A DNA stretch of 64,000 nucleotides from Myxococcales bacterium (GTDB lineage Bacteria > Myxococcota_A > Polyangia > Polyangiales > DASUME01). The stretch is from the NCBI GenBank assembly GCA_047601445.1, contig JASGJH010000001.1, positions 9,344,001 to 9,408,000 of the forward strand, read 5' to 3'. Below, one piece after another: positions 1-10,304 of the stretch. Within the stretch, counting starts at the first letter, position 1; every line of letters starts with the position of its first letter. The notes below the pieces were generated by a model. The model did no database searches. It was not told where the DNA came from and worked only from the letters and a program-made list of their open reading frames with translations. Made by a program: the position numbers and the translations under genes.

Positions 1-1
1 C

Positions 2-3000
2 GACGATCACCGCGTTGGTACCGGTGGCCCGCGAATGCACCAGGCGCGCCGCGTCGAGGTCGGCAGGCGTGATCCCCATGAAGTACGCGGGGACGTCGCC
101 CGCGCACGGGATCGCGATGCCCGAAATCAGCGCGAGATCCTCACGCGGCACGGGTCGACCGCGGCCGAACAGGGCCTCGATGCCGGCCTTGATCGCCACG
201 AACAGCTGAACCGCTACGACCTCTTCCTTGAGCTCGAGCACCGCGCTCTTGTGGGCCAGCAGCAGGTTGGCCTCCTCCACGCGTTCGTCGGCGCCGAGCA
301 TCGGCACACCGCCAACGAGGTCCGACAGCAAGGTCAGGAGCGCGTTGTCGTACTCGATGCGTCGCAGGAGCGGCAGCAACACGTACAGGAGACGCTCCCT
401 CGCATCGGCGGGCAGGGTGGCCAGCAGCAGCGCCCCTCGAGCTCGGTAGGCGGCGTCGTTCATGTAACGCTGCACGAAGGTGGCCATGGCCCCCACGGCC
501 TCGGCGCGTGCACATTCTTGCTCGCCCCGGGGCTTGCGGAGCTCCTCCCAGGGCAGCCAGTCCGGCGCACCGGGCTCGCCGCGGGCCGCGCGTTCCATGG
601 CCTGTTCGTCCGGATAGACGGCACGATAGTGGGCGTAGAGGCGCTCCACGCTCTGGAGCAGCGCAGCACGCTCGGGTTCCTGCCACAGGGCCGCCTCGAG
701 CTTTCCGAGCTTCTCGAGCCGCACCGGGGTGCGCTTGATCAGGCTCTGGTTGGTGAAGCGATCACTGTCGAGATAGTCCGTCAAGCGGTTGGTCTCGCCC
801 GCCACGAAGTCGAGGAAGGGGAACTCCACGGGCGCGTTCTCGTTCAGCGAGACGGTGCCGATGACCACGCCGTGCTGGCTCGACATCCGCACTGCGTCGC
901 CCTCGGCGAGCCCTTCGCGCGCGGCGTAGCTCGGGTGGATCTGGATCGCGTAGGACTCGTCGTGGCGGCCCGCGATGGCCATGCTCTTGATGCCCGAGTT
1001 GTAGCGGCGAACGTAGAGCTTGGCGTCCTTGCCCGGTCGGCCACGCCCCGTGATCAAGCTGCGCAGCTGCTCGTCGCCGCGCGCCACCAGGTTCGCGAGC
1101 AGCTCCTCCGGTGGACGCACCAGCCGCGCCTGCCTGCGTTCGTGCTGCCGCAGACCCGGAAACACGTTGCCCTCGCTGCGCGCGTGCGCGTAGCGACCGT
1201 CGCCCTGCCACTGCACGCCCAAGCCTGCCCGCTGCTTGAGCAGCGCATGGGAGATCGGGGTGCCGTGCTCGTCTTCGAGGCGATTGTAGACGTCGAGCGC
1301 CCGCGAGGTCGACACCACGTGATCGAACACGTCGGAGGCACGGACGCTGCCGTCGGCTTGCAGGTAGCGCCCGAACGCGCGCGTGATCACGTCGGGGTCG
1401 AGGTCGTTCAACGCCGCCGTGTCGGTGTCGCGCAGGCGAGCCGCGATGGTCAGGGCGAGTCGCGCCAGGATCTGCTCGTCGGACCAGGCCAGGGCAGGAG
1501 GCTCGCTGATGCCCTGCTGGAGCTGCAACGTGCGGTCGCCGCGTTGAATCACGCCGGTCCGCTCGGTGTAGGTGAGGGCGGGCAAGATCACGTCGGCGTG
1601 GTCGAGCGCACCCTCCGGCAGGAACGAGTCGATCACGATGTTGTAGGCGCGCCCCAGGCGGCGCTTCCACTGGCCGAGACGCGGCATATTGCGCGTCATC
1701 TGGGTGCCCAGGAACAGGAAGCAGTACAGGTGGTCGTCCTCGGACATGCGCGCCACCGGGGTCCCCTCGGTGCGCGGAATATTGTGCTCCGGGATGTCGA
1801 GCAGCTCCGCGAGCTCCCTGCGGTGCGCCGGGTTGGCCGGGTCGAGGTTGAACACCAGCTTGCGTGAGTTCATCCCCAGCATGAGCTCACTGGTGGCGTT
1901 CGACTGGCCGGCGATGCGCATGGAGCCGGCGCCTCGCCGGCCGACGTTGCCGGTCAAGAGCAGCAGGTTCAAGTTGGTGGAGAAGCCGTAGGAGCCGGTG
2001 CTCTGGTTGATGCCCATGCTCGACACGAAGGCGGGCTTGGGGCGCTCTCCCGCCTCGTTCGGACGCGCGATCAGGCGAGCGTAGGCGCGGATGGTCGCCG
2101 CAAGCTCACTCACGTCCTGCCCCTCGAGCGCGATGCGGCGCGCCACCGTATCCACCGCGAAGCGTGGCTCCAGGCACATGGCCTCGAAGGCCGCGCGACT
2201 GGCGGGATCCACCGCGCGCTCGAGGTAGGCGCGGTCCTCCCAGCCCTGCATCAGGATCTCGTGGGCCACGGCCATGTTGAAGAGCACGTCGCCGCCCTGT
2301 TCGAAGCGAATGTGCAGCGTGCGTGGATCACTCGCTTGCAGGTCCACCACGGTGTGGGAGCGAACCGGATCGATCACGACCTTGACGGCCGCCTCGTTGC
2401 GCTTGGCCTTGGCGAAGGCCTGCGGAAAGGTCACGAGCGGGTTCGTGCCGTGCATCACGATCACGTCGGCCAGCGCCAGCTCCTCGAACTCGTGCCAGGT
2501 GAAGGAAGCTTCGTTGCCGAAGTTCAAGGTATGGCCCGCACCCGCGCTAGCCAGGCAGTGCTCGGAGTTGGCTCCCAGCGTCGAGATCTGGAAGACCAGC
2601 TTGTAGAGGCACTCCATCCAGATGGCTTCGACGGTCTGTTGTCCGTTGCCGTACATGGCGATGCCAGTCGGCCCGATCCACTCGCGAATGTGCAGGAACA
2701 GCCAGGCCGCGCGGTCGAGGGCGCGCTCCCAGGAGACCACCTCCATCTTGCCATCGTGCCCGCGGATCATCGGGGCTCGGATGCGGTCGTCCGCGATGCC
2801 GTGCTTCTCCAGCCGGCGTCGGCGCTGCAGGTCGCCGCCGGTCTCCAGAGACGTCAAACCCTTCACGCACAGGCCCAGGTCGCTGAGCGGCACCAAGCGT
2901 TCCTTCGAGCCCTCATCCCGCTGCACGGTGAAGGAGCAGCCCACGCCGCAGTAGCTGCATACGGATGCGCGCGACGTGAGCTCGGCGTGCCGCTGCTGGG

Positions 3001-3076
3001 CCTCGACATCGGTCCGTAGTTCTGCACTCTCGGCGAAGCGGCGAAGAAAGTCGGCGGGCTCCTCACGGGCGGCCAT
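2..3076 (-). CDS. Molybdopterin (Mo-bisPGD) oxidoreductase catalytic subunit, NasA/NarB/FdhF-like; runs off the window start
   Basis: Absent from the ORF track because it has no stop in the window. Manual translation from ATG 3076 (AGGAGG 8 nt upstream) gives the Fe4S4 motif CSYCGVGC...LCVKG, a Mo-ligand segment NSEHCLASA and GTNP. The frame reads sensibly at the window edge (>1000 aa). Confidence 0.85.
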   Translation of the reverse strand, partial: MAAREEPADFLRRFAESAELRTDVEAQQRHAELTSRASVCSYCGVGCSFTVQRDEGSKERLVPLSDLGLCVKGLTSLETGGDLQRRRRLEKHGIADDRIRAPMIRGHDGKMEVVSWERALDRAAWLFLHIREWIGPTGIAMYGNGQQTVEAIWMECLYKLVFQISTLGANSEHCLASAGAGHTLNFGNEASFTWHEFEELALADVIVMHGTNPLVTFPQAFAKAKRNEAAVKVVIDPVRSHTVVDLQASDPRTLHIRFEQGGDVLFNMAVAHEILMQGWEDRAYLERAVDPASRAAFEAMCLEPRFAVDTVARRIALEGQDVSELAATIRAYARLIARPNEAGERPKPAFVSSMGINQSTGSYGFSTNLNLLLLTGNVGRRGAGSMRIAGQSNATSELMLGMNSRKLVFNLDPANPAHRRELAELLDIPEHNIPRTEGTPVARMSEDDHLYCFLFLGTQMTRNMPRLGQWKRRLGRAYNIVIDSFLPEGALDHADVILPALTYTERTGVIQRGDRTLQLQQGISEPPALAWSDEQILARLALTIAARLRDTDTAALNDLDPDVITRAFGRYLQADGSVRASDVFDHVVSTSRALDVYNRLEDEHGTPISHALLKQRAGLGVQWQGDGRYAHARSEGNVFPGLRQHERRQARLVRPPEELLANLVARGDEQLRSLITGRGRPGKDAKLYVRRYNSGIKSMAIAGRHDESYAIQIHPSYAAREGLAEGDAVRMSSQHGVVIGTVSLNENAPVEFPFLDFVAGETNRLTDYLDSDRFTNQSLIKRTPVRLEKLGKLEAALWQEPERAALLQSVERLYAHYRAVYPDEQAMERAARGEPGAPDWLPWEELRKPRGEQECARAEAVGAMATFVQRYMNDAAYRARGALLLATLPADARERLLYVLLPLLRRIEYDNALLTLLSDLVGGVPMLGADERVEEANLLLAHKSAVLELKEEVVAVQLFVAIKAGIEALFGRGRPVPREDLALISGIAIPCAGDVPAYFMGITPADLDAARLVHSRATGTNAVIV

Positions 3077-3241
3077 GAACTCATCCTCCTAAGAAACCAG
3101 ACGAAGAAAGGTCTGACTGTCACCGCTATCACCGCGCGCCGAGGCTGCGCAGTATCCGGCTGCGACAACAAGCCTGACCGAAGGGACACTCGGCGCAGAT
3201 TGCGTCTTCGCAGGCGTGAGGAAGGCGCTAGCGTCACGTCG

Positions 3242-3811
3242 ATGCGTCTGTCGTTGATTTGCTCGATGTTCTTGTTCGTTGCCTGCGGCGACTCCTCGGA
3301 TACCGAACGAACCTCCGGAGGTGACCCGCCTGACCATGCTGCCGATGCAGGCCACGCTGCGGGCGAACACGGCGACGCGGGCTTCGACGAAACCGCTGGC
3401 GCGGAGCTCGGTGCGGCCTGCGATCCGGAGCATGCAAGCTCCTGCGGCGGGGACGACAACAAGTGCCTCACGGAGCTCGCGGTGCTCGACACCCGGGTCG
3501 AGTTCCGCGGCGGCTACTGCTCGGCAGGCTGTGACACCTCCGCGGAATGCGGCGCCGATGGGGCCTGTCCGGTCGGCGAGACGCGCGCCGAGCTCGCGGG
3601 CACGCCCATGGCAGCGTTGTTCGATACGCTGCCTTCCAATTGCCTACGCGCCTGTGAGTCGGCCGCGGAATGTCGCACCGAGGAGGGCTACGACTGCAAG
3701 CCCATGACGGCGGCCATGCCCGAGCAGCTGCGCGCCATCGTGGGCACGCTGCTCGCCGACAAGCCCATCACGAAGCGCACGCTCTGCGTCCCCATCCAGC
3801 CCGCGAAGTGA
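3242..3811 (+). CDS. Cys-rich lipoprotein, function unknown
   Basis: Signal peptide with lipobox FVAC; repeated Cys motifs (GGYCSAGC, CLRAC, ECRTEEGYDC). Confidence 0.75.
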   Translation: MRLSLICSMFLFVACGDSSDTERTSGGDPPDHAADAGHAAGEHGDAGFDETAGAELGAACDPEHASSCGGDDNKCLTELAVLDTRVEFRGGYCSAGCDTSAECGADGACPVGETRAELAGTPMAALFDTLPSNCLRACESAAECRTEEGYDCKPMTAAMPEQLRAIVGTLLADKPITKRTLCVPIQPAK

Positions 3812-3828
3812 TGCGTGCTGTGAACTCG

Positions 3829-4660
<832 letters not shown>

Positions 4661-4767
4661 GGAACTAGGCCGTGCATGTAGCACGCGGCCCCGACCCCTC
4701 GCGCGCCCGCTGGGAGGACAGCGAACCTCGCGGAGGAGTGGGTCCGGTGCCCCCCGTTCAGGAAAAA

Positions 4768-5853
4768 TCAGTAGCTCATGACCGCTTCCGGTGAGCTTCC
4801 ATACTCGTGCGCCACGCCATCGGCTTTGCGACAGGCCTCGAAGAGCGCACGCCGCACGAGACCTGCGAGCACACGTTGTTCGAGGTAACCCTGCAAGACC
4901 TCGTGCCTTCGCTCCGGGAAGCGCGTGAGTAGCGGCAACGCCACGTCCTCCAGCATCCAGCGGCCGTGACGTCCGTCTTCGCGCAGGTGCAGCGACCAGT
5001 AGTCGTCATCGCCATTCGAGACCCCGAGGCGCCTGGCCGCTTGCGCGTAGGCCCAGTAAGCCGCGGGCGTGGCCAGCTCCGCGTAGGTGTAGGCTCCGCA
5101 GAAGCGCAGGTAGTGGCGCTTGTTCTCCGCCAGATAGAAGCCGTGGTTGATGGTGGCGAGAATCTCCCAGGGAGCCTCCTCGAAGTAAGCCTCGGGCCGA
5201 CTGCTGAGCTCCTGCTCCTCCAGCATGCGGGCGAAGTAGCTCGAGTGCTTCTTGGCGAGCCGTCCGGCGCCGTACTCTTCGACGAAGATGCGTGCCAGCG
5301 CCGCCTGCACGCCGTTGGGGGCGCCGCCGATGGCCCGCGCAAGCTGGCTGGCTTCCACGAGACCGGCGAGCGATCCGATTTCGAGCAGTCGTCGATATCC
5401 GCCGAGCTGCAAATCGTCGGCGAAATAGCGATCCATCGGCGACCCCGCCGCTGCACTGTCGCGCTCTGCCCAGAGGCGCAGGCTGGCCGCTGCATCCCGC
5501 GTGTCGACTTCGCCCGGTGTACCCCGCCGCGCGAGCCAGTTTGCCCAGTGAGACTCGAGCGTCATCCGCAGCTCGGCCAAGACCAGGGACTCCTCGTTGG
5601 CATAGCGGTTCGGGTCGTCGCCCCAGTAGAGCCGCAGGCGATTGAGCTCGTAGAGGCAGCGTTGCGCCTCCAGCCGACAGCGCTCGCGCTCTCCAGGATC
5701 ACTCCAGGCCCGCCGTGACAGCTGGTGAAACCGCGCGACGAGCGCCGCGCGCTGGTTCGGTCGTTGCGCCATCTCTTCGTCGAGGTTGCGCGTGTGGATC
5801 AAGGCCCGGATGACCTGATGGGGACTCGTGGAGTCGAGCAGGGTGGGGACCAT
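4768..5853 (-). CDS. Iron-containing redox enzyme, heme-oxygenase-like diiron oxidase (HDO) family
   Basis: Diiron-ligand-like motifs FVEEYG...KKHS, YAE and HLREDGRH. Start placed at ATG 5853. Confidence 0.75.
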   Translation of the reverse strand: MVPTLLDSTSPHQVIRALIHTRNLDEEMAQRPNQRAALVARFHQLSRRAWSDPGERERCRLEAQRCLYELNRLRLYWGDDPNRYANEESLVLAELRMTLESHWANWLARRGTPGEVDTRDAAASLRLWAERDSAAAGSPMDRYFADDLQLGGYRRLLEIGSLAGLVEASQLARAIGGAPNGVQAALARIFVEEYGAGRLAKKHSSYFARMLEEQELSSRPEAYFEEAPWEILATINHGFYLAENKRHYLRFCGAYTYAELATPAAYWAYAQAARRLGVSNGDDDYWSLHLREDGRHGRWMLEDVALPLLTRFPERRHEVLQGYLEQRVLAGLVRRALFEACRKADGVAHEYGSSPEAVMSY

Positions 5854-5864
5854 GGCGCTGCCAA

Positions 5865-5880
5865 AGCAACTAGTGATCCA
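5865..5880 (-). promoter_or_regulatory. Putative sigma54 -24/-12 promoter
   Basis: Minus strand TGGATCACTAGTTGCT (GG-N10-GC with TTGC) directly upstream of ATG 5853. Confidence 0.5.
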
Positions 5881-6074
5881 GCCCCCGTTGCGCTCCGAAA
5901 AGTTCAGTCTCCGCAAACTTCTACGTTCTCGTTTTGCGCGGTGCCCCGTCGGGCCTCGATTCGTTCCGGATGTCCCTGCATCGCAGCGTGCGTATGTGCG
6001 AGGCAGAAATGCCTTCGTGCCCCAGGGCTCCTCGGCTCCCTGCGCCTCTAGGATGCGCCACGCCACCGGTCGCC

Positions 6075-6854
6075 TCATTTGAACTTGTCTTCGGGGAACA
6101 CGACGCCCTCGAGGCAGTCCCCCAGGTTGCTGTTCACCGCTGCCCCAGGTTCCAGCGTGCCGCTCCATGTGCCCTTACCGCCTGGTGCCTCACCGAGCGT
6201 GAACACGGGCTTGGGCTCGCGCACCTCGTAGGTCCCCTGGACGAAGGACTGCGTCTGCGGATCAAAGGTCGCCGCGGCGGTTCCCTTGAAGAAGTAGTTC
6301 ACGAAGTTCCCTGAGCCATCCTTGGTGGCGTAGTAGCCGCGCAGCTCCCCCGTTAGCTTGCCCGTGACGCAGTCGAGCTGACCGGTGAAGAGCGAGCGCG
6401 CGGGCTTGAAGTCGGGGGTGTCGTTGCCCTGCGCGACGAAGCATCCATTGCCGATGGTGTAGAACTCGCCTTCGCTGTTCTTCACGATGTCGAACTCCGT
6501 GTCGGCAGAGTCGGGCTTGCCCTCGAGGGGACCGATGACACCCGGCCACACGCTGTTGGCCGTCGACCAGTAGACGATCTCGTTGTGGCCTTTGTAGTGA
6601 CCAGGCTTGCAGTACACGCCGTCCTCGGGAGTGGGATCGCAATCGGTGCAGGCGCCTCCGTCGACATCGCTCGTAGGGTCCGCATCGCCATCGCCATCGC
6701 CATCGCCATCGCCATCACCATCGCCATCGCCATCGCCAGGATCGCTCGAGGCCGGGTGACCGTCATCCACGGGCATGCCGCGGTTCGAACCGGGGTCGTC
6801 GCCGCAGCCGAGAAGCAGGAGGAGCACGAAGAAGGTAGAAGCTATGCGAGGCAT
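6075..6854 (-). CDS. Lipoprotein type A1 (CxxGxYxG / GxLDCxxG family) with Gly-Asp linker
   Basis: Lipobox LLGC; (GD)n linker; similar along its length to 10305-11132. Confidence 0.8.
   Translation of the reverse strand: MPRIASTFFVLLLLLGCGDDPGSNRGMPVDDGHPASSDPGDGDGDGDGDGDGDGDGDADPTSDVDGGACTDCDPTPEDGVYCKPGHYKGHNEIVYWSTANSVWPGVIGPLEGKPDSADTEFDIVKNSEGEFYTIGNGCFVAQGNDTPDFKPARSLFTGQLDCVTGKLTGELRGYYATKDGSGNFVNYFFKGTAAATFDPQTQSFVQGTYEVREPKPVFTLGEAPGGKGTWSGTLEPGAAVNSNLGDCLEGVVFPEDKFK
6683..6737. repeat. (CATCGC)n coding tandem repeat, Gly-Asp linker
   Basis: About 9 hexamer units encoding GDGDGD... Confidence 0.85.
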
Positions 6855-6878
6855 GTGAATCCCTTTCGTCCAAGCCGC

Positions 6879-7529
6879 TCAGGGTGCGGGCTCGAAATGA
6901 ACGTCGAAGCTGCCCATGCAGGCCATGCCCGCGCTGTCGGCATCGGCGAACCAGCTGCCGCGGATGTGCGGAGCGTTGGTGTCGTCCTCCGAGATCGTTC
7001 CTTGGAGGGCCGCTGTGAAGACGCCTACGGTCGGGAGCACGCCTGATAGGCCGTAATCACCGTCGGTGATCTCCGCGTGAAACTCGCCGCCTTCGCAGTC
7101 GAGACCCCCGCGCAACTGACCCGAGAAATCGGCGATCAGGAACTTGCCCTGGAGTTTGTCGCCCTCGGGATCGACCACCAGGTCGTCACACAGCTCCAGG
7201 CAACCGTCGTCGGTGGTTGCCGTACGCCCAGGCACGAGATCGAAGGCGAGCGCGCCGCCCGGCAGGGGCGCCTGGCAGGTGTAGGTCCCCACGTAGCGTC
7301 CAGCGCGGCAGACCTGGTCGTTGCTGCCTGCGTCCACGGATTCGAGCGGAGGTTCCTCGGCGGCGCGCGCGTGGTCGCCATCCTCGCCATTGCCCCGAGG
7401 TGCTTCGGCCTCCGCATCGGGGAGGGCCGGGCCCACGGCGGCGCGGACGGGGAGAGCGTCCGAGCACGCCGTGAGCGCGCCTGCCATGACCAGGGCCACG
7501 ACGGGGAGTTGGGGTGAATGCGGTCGCAT
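6879..7529 (-). CDS. Lipoprotein type B1 (CxxGxYxG / GGLDC family)
   Basis: Lipobox LTAC; CRAGRYVG, LAFDLV and GGLDC; paralog of 9637-10293. Confidence 0.8.
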   Translation of the reverse strand: MRPHSPQLPVVALVMAGALTACSDALPVRAAVGPALPDAEAEAPRGNGEDGDHARAAEEPPLESVDAGSNDQVCRAGRYVGTYTCQAPLPGGALAFDLVPGRTATTDDGCLELCDDLVVDPEGDKLQGKFLIADFSGQLRGGLDCEGGEFHAEITDGDYGLSGVLPTVGVFTAALQGTISEDDTNAPHIRGSWFADADSAGMACMGSFDVHFEPAP

Positions 7530-7703
7530 GTTCCTCGGGAAAAAAGCCAAAAGGGAGCGCGAATCGGATGCTTTGGAGTTAGCCTCGTCGGGGCCCCCGC
7601 CACAATCTGAGGGGCGTCCGTTTGGGGAGCGCTGAAGAGCGCTTCGGTCTCGGGTGAGTGGTCAACCGAGCCGCAGACGGGGACGCTAGGGGCACAGCAG
7701 TCA

Positions 7704-8807
7704 ATGAAACGAACCGCCGCGAACCTCGAATGGCCTCGTATCCGCCTCGTGCCCGCGTTGCTCTGGTTGGGCTGGTTGATGAGCGGCACGCTGATTGCGG
7801 TCTTCACCGCGCTGCCAAGTCAGCCCGACGTGCGCAACGTGTACATGCTCTCCTATCTGGCTCACACCCTGGCGCTCTGGGCTTCGATTCCTCTCGTGCA
7901 GTTCGCGAGCGCCAACGGCCACAACATCGCCCTGCGCCGGCCCAGGTTCTGGCGCTGGTTCCCGCGCGTGATGCTGCTCAACGGCGCCTGCTTTTCGCTG
8001 TTCTTCCTGCTCAAGCTGACACTCGCCCGCGCGCTGCGAGCAGGCAGCGCCGCTCTGCTCGACGTGCCCGGCGCCACGCCCATCGGTTTCGTCGAGGAGC
8101 TGCTCTACGAGCTGCCCAAGGACATGGCGCACTTCACATGGTTGTTCGCCGCGTTCCTCGCCTTTCGCTTCTACACGCGGGAGCGACAGGAGGCCGAACG
8201 CGCAGCACGGCTCGAAGCGATGCTCGTGAAGTCGCGGCTCGAGGCCCTGAATGCCAGGCTCGATCCTCACTTCATCTACAACGCGCTGAACACCCTCAAC
8301 TCCCTGATGCACTCGGACCTCGCGCGCACGGAGCAGCTGTTCGAGGACCTGGGCGCGCTGCTGCGCGCGGTGCTGTCCGAGGACCGACCCGTCTGGAGCT
8401 TGGCCGAGGAGCGCGCTCACACCCGGCGCTACGCGGACCTCGTGGAGGCCCGTTTCGGAGAGCGCGTGCGCGTGAAGTTCTCCCTGCCTCGGGAGCTCGA
8501 CCGTGTGGCGCTGCCCCGCTTCTGCCTCCTCACCTTGGTGGAGAATGCGGTGAAGCACAATCAACACGAGCGTCGGCCGCTGCGCATCGACGTGTATGGC
8601 GAGCGCACCCCGCAGGGGCTCTCCCTCGCCGTGAGCGACGACGGCGTGGGCTTCTGCGTGCGGGGGAACGGGTCCGTGCGCGCCGGAGGCCTGGACAGAC
8701 TCGGCGAGACCTTGCGTTTGCTCTACGGCGCCGACGCTACGCTGACGCGAGAGAGCGCTGATCCCCATGGAGCGCGCGTCACGCTGCGCTTGCCGGAGGC
8801 ATCATGA
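7704..8807 (+). CDS. LytS/YehU-family sensor histidine kinase
   Basis: N-terminal TM helices; H-box LDPHFIYNALN; LVENAVKH; DDGVG. Confidence 0.92.
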   Translation: MKRTAANLEWPRIRLVPALLWLGWLMSGTLIAVFTALPSQPDVRNVYMLSYLAHTLALWASIPLVQFASANGHNIALRRPRFWRWFPRVMLLNGACFSLFFLLKLTLARALRAGSAALLDVPGATPIGFVEELLYELPKDMAHFTWLFAAFLAFRFYTRERQEAERAARLEAMLVKSRLEALNARLDPHFIYNALNTLNSLMHSDLARTEQLFEDLGALLRAVLSEDRPVWSLAEERAHTRRYADLVEARFGERVRVKFSLPRELDRVALPRFCLLTLVENAVKHNQHERRPLRIDVYGERTPQGLSLAVSDDGVGFCVRGNGSVRAGGLDRLGETLRLLYGADATLTRESADPHGARVTLRLPEAS

Positions 8808-9550
8808 CCAGGCTGCGCGCGCTGATCGTGGACGATGAGAAGCCGGCCCGCGACAACCTGGCGCGCCTGCTCTCGCAGGACGTGCGCTTCGAGCTCGTGG
8901 GGCAGGCGGTCGACGGCGGAGACGCGCTGGTGCAGATCGAGCGCCTGGTGCCGGACCTGGTGTTGCTCGACATTCAGTTGCCGGGGCTGAATGGTTTCGA
9001 AGTGCTGCGGGCGTTGGGGGAACGCGACTTCGCCGTGGTGTTCTCCACGGCCCACGACGAGTATGCCCTGCGAGCCTTCGATGCCCATGCGGTGGACTAT
9101 CTGCTCAAGCCCTATGCCGCGGAGCGCTTTCGGCGTGCGCTCGACAAGGCCGCAGCAGCCCTCGCCAGCAAGCAGCGTGCGAACCACGACGAGCTCATTC
9201 GCAGCGCGCTGGCCCACGCACGGCCCAAGCTGGCCTTCAAGGAGCGCGGCGGAAACTGGGTCAGCTTTGCGCCCGAGGAGGTGCTCTGGGTGGCGGCCTA
9301 CAAGAAGCACACGCGCGTGGTGCTGCGACAGTGCGAGTACGTGGTGCGCGCCTCGCTACGTGAGCTGGAGCAGCGCCTCGACGAGGCCTTCGCGCGCACG
9401 CATCGCAGCGAGATCGTGAACCTCCGGGCGGTGCTGCGGGTGGAGCCATGGACGCACGGCGATGCCATCTTGGTGCTGGACGGCGGCGCCACCAGGGTGC
9501 TCACCAGGACCTATCGTAAGGATTTTTTGGCCGCTCTGGCAGGTCGGTGA
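8804..9550 (+). CDS. LytTR-family response regulator
   Basis: REC domain (VDDE, LLDIQLP, DYLLKP) plus LytTR (RTHRSEIVN); ATGA overlap with the kinase. Confidence 0.95.
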   Translation: MTRLRALIVDDEKPARDNLARLLSQDVRFELVGQAVDGGDALVQIERLVPDLVLLDIQLPGLNGFEVLRALGERDFAVVFSTAHDEYALRAFDAHAVDYLLKPYAAERFRRALDKAAAALASKQRANHDELIRSALAHARPKLAFKERGGNWVSFAPEEVLWVAAYKKHTRVVLRQCEYVVRASLRELEQRLDEAFARTHRSEIVNLRAVLRVEPWTHGDAILVLDGGATRVLTRTYRKDFLAALAGR

Positions 9551-9636
9551 AAAGACTTCACAAGCCAGCGAGGTCCAGAAGTTTCCTGGTGAAAGATTGG
9601 GTGCATCATGCGCGATGGCGATCTTGGCGCGGAGTC

Positions 9637-10293
9637 TCACGGCTCGAGCGTTACGGTAAAGTCGGAAGGGCAGGTGATCCCCACACTGGGAACCAACACC
9701 ATTTTTCCTGTGATGGCCTGCGGAGGTCCCGCCATGTGCATCCCTGTGACCATGCCCGTGATCGTGTTCTTGGGGCCTGGCCACGGGCTCGGCTCGCCGA
9801 CCTCACCATCGGTTACTTCCGCCTTGAACTGCCCGCTGCTGCAGTCCAGGCCTCCGCTCAAGTGCGCCGTGAAAACGAGCGGGCCGTACATGCCTTTCAA
9901 CTCGGCGCTGGCGTCGCTGATCACCAGGTCGGCACAGAATTCCAGACCCACGCAGGTTCCCTCGGCCTCGGTCGCGCCGTCCTTGAGCACGAGGTCGAAG
10001 GCCAGCGGTCCTTCGCCGAACGCACCCAGCATGCTGCAGTTGTACGAGCCCTCGTAGTGGCCCGGAGCGCACTTCGGGTTCGGAGCGCGGGTACTCGCAT
10101 CCGGGTAGGACTCGTGGACCTGATCGTCGTCATCGTCGGGATCGAGATCACCAGCCTCGGCCTCGCCGGCGTCCTCGTTGCCGTAGCCGGGTCGATCACC
10201 CTCGTTGTCTGCGCTCTTGGGTGGAACCGTCGAACATGCACAAGCCAGAGCCCAGACGGCGGACCAGAACAACATGGTTGAGACACGATGCAT
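9637..10293 (-). CDS. Lipoprotein type B2
   Basis: Lipobox-like ACAC; CAPGHYEG, LAFDLV and GGLDC; paralog of 6879-7529. Start is ATG 10293 or the next ATG downstream. Confidence 0.8.
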   Translation of the reverse strand: MHRVSTMLFWSAVWALACACSTVPPKSADNEGDRPGYGNEDAGEAEAGDLDPDDDDDQVHESYPDASTRAPNPKCAPGHYEGSYNCSMLGAFGEGPLAFDLVLKDGATEAEGTCVGLEFCADLVISDASAELKGMYGPLVFTAHLSGGLDCSSGQFKAEVTDGEVGEPSPWPGPKNTITGMVTGMHMAGPPQAITGKMVLVPSVGITCPSDFTVTLEP

Positions 10294-10304
10294 GGGGATC
10301 GACC

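Noticed and set aside
35..3019. Long plus-strand ORFs (35-1867, 2261-3019) and similar ones elsewhere (e.g. 18869-20305, 24885-26690, 30349-31668)
   Set aside because: Antisense shadows of real genes in high-GC DNA, with no recognisable motifs.
6683..6737. Tandem repeat as CRISPR or a regulatory array
   Set aside because: It is an in-frame Gly-Asp linker with no spacers and no cas genes.
7530..7703. LytTR direct-repeat boxes in the divergent promoters (also 11133-11286)
   Set aside because: Short repeats exist (GTCAA, CGATGAA), but not at the roughly 21-bp period expected for LytTR sites.
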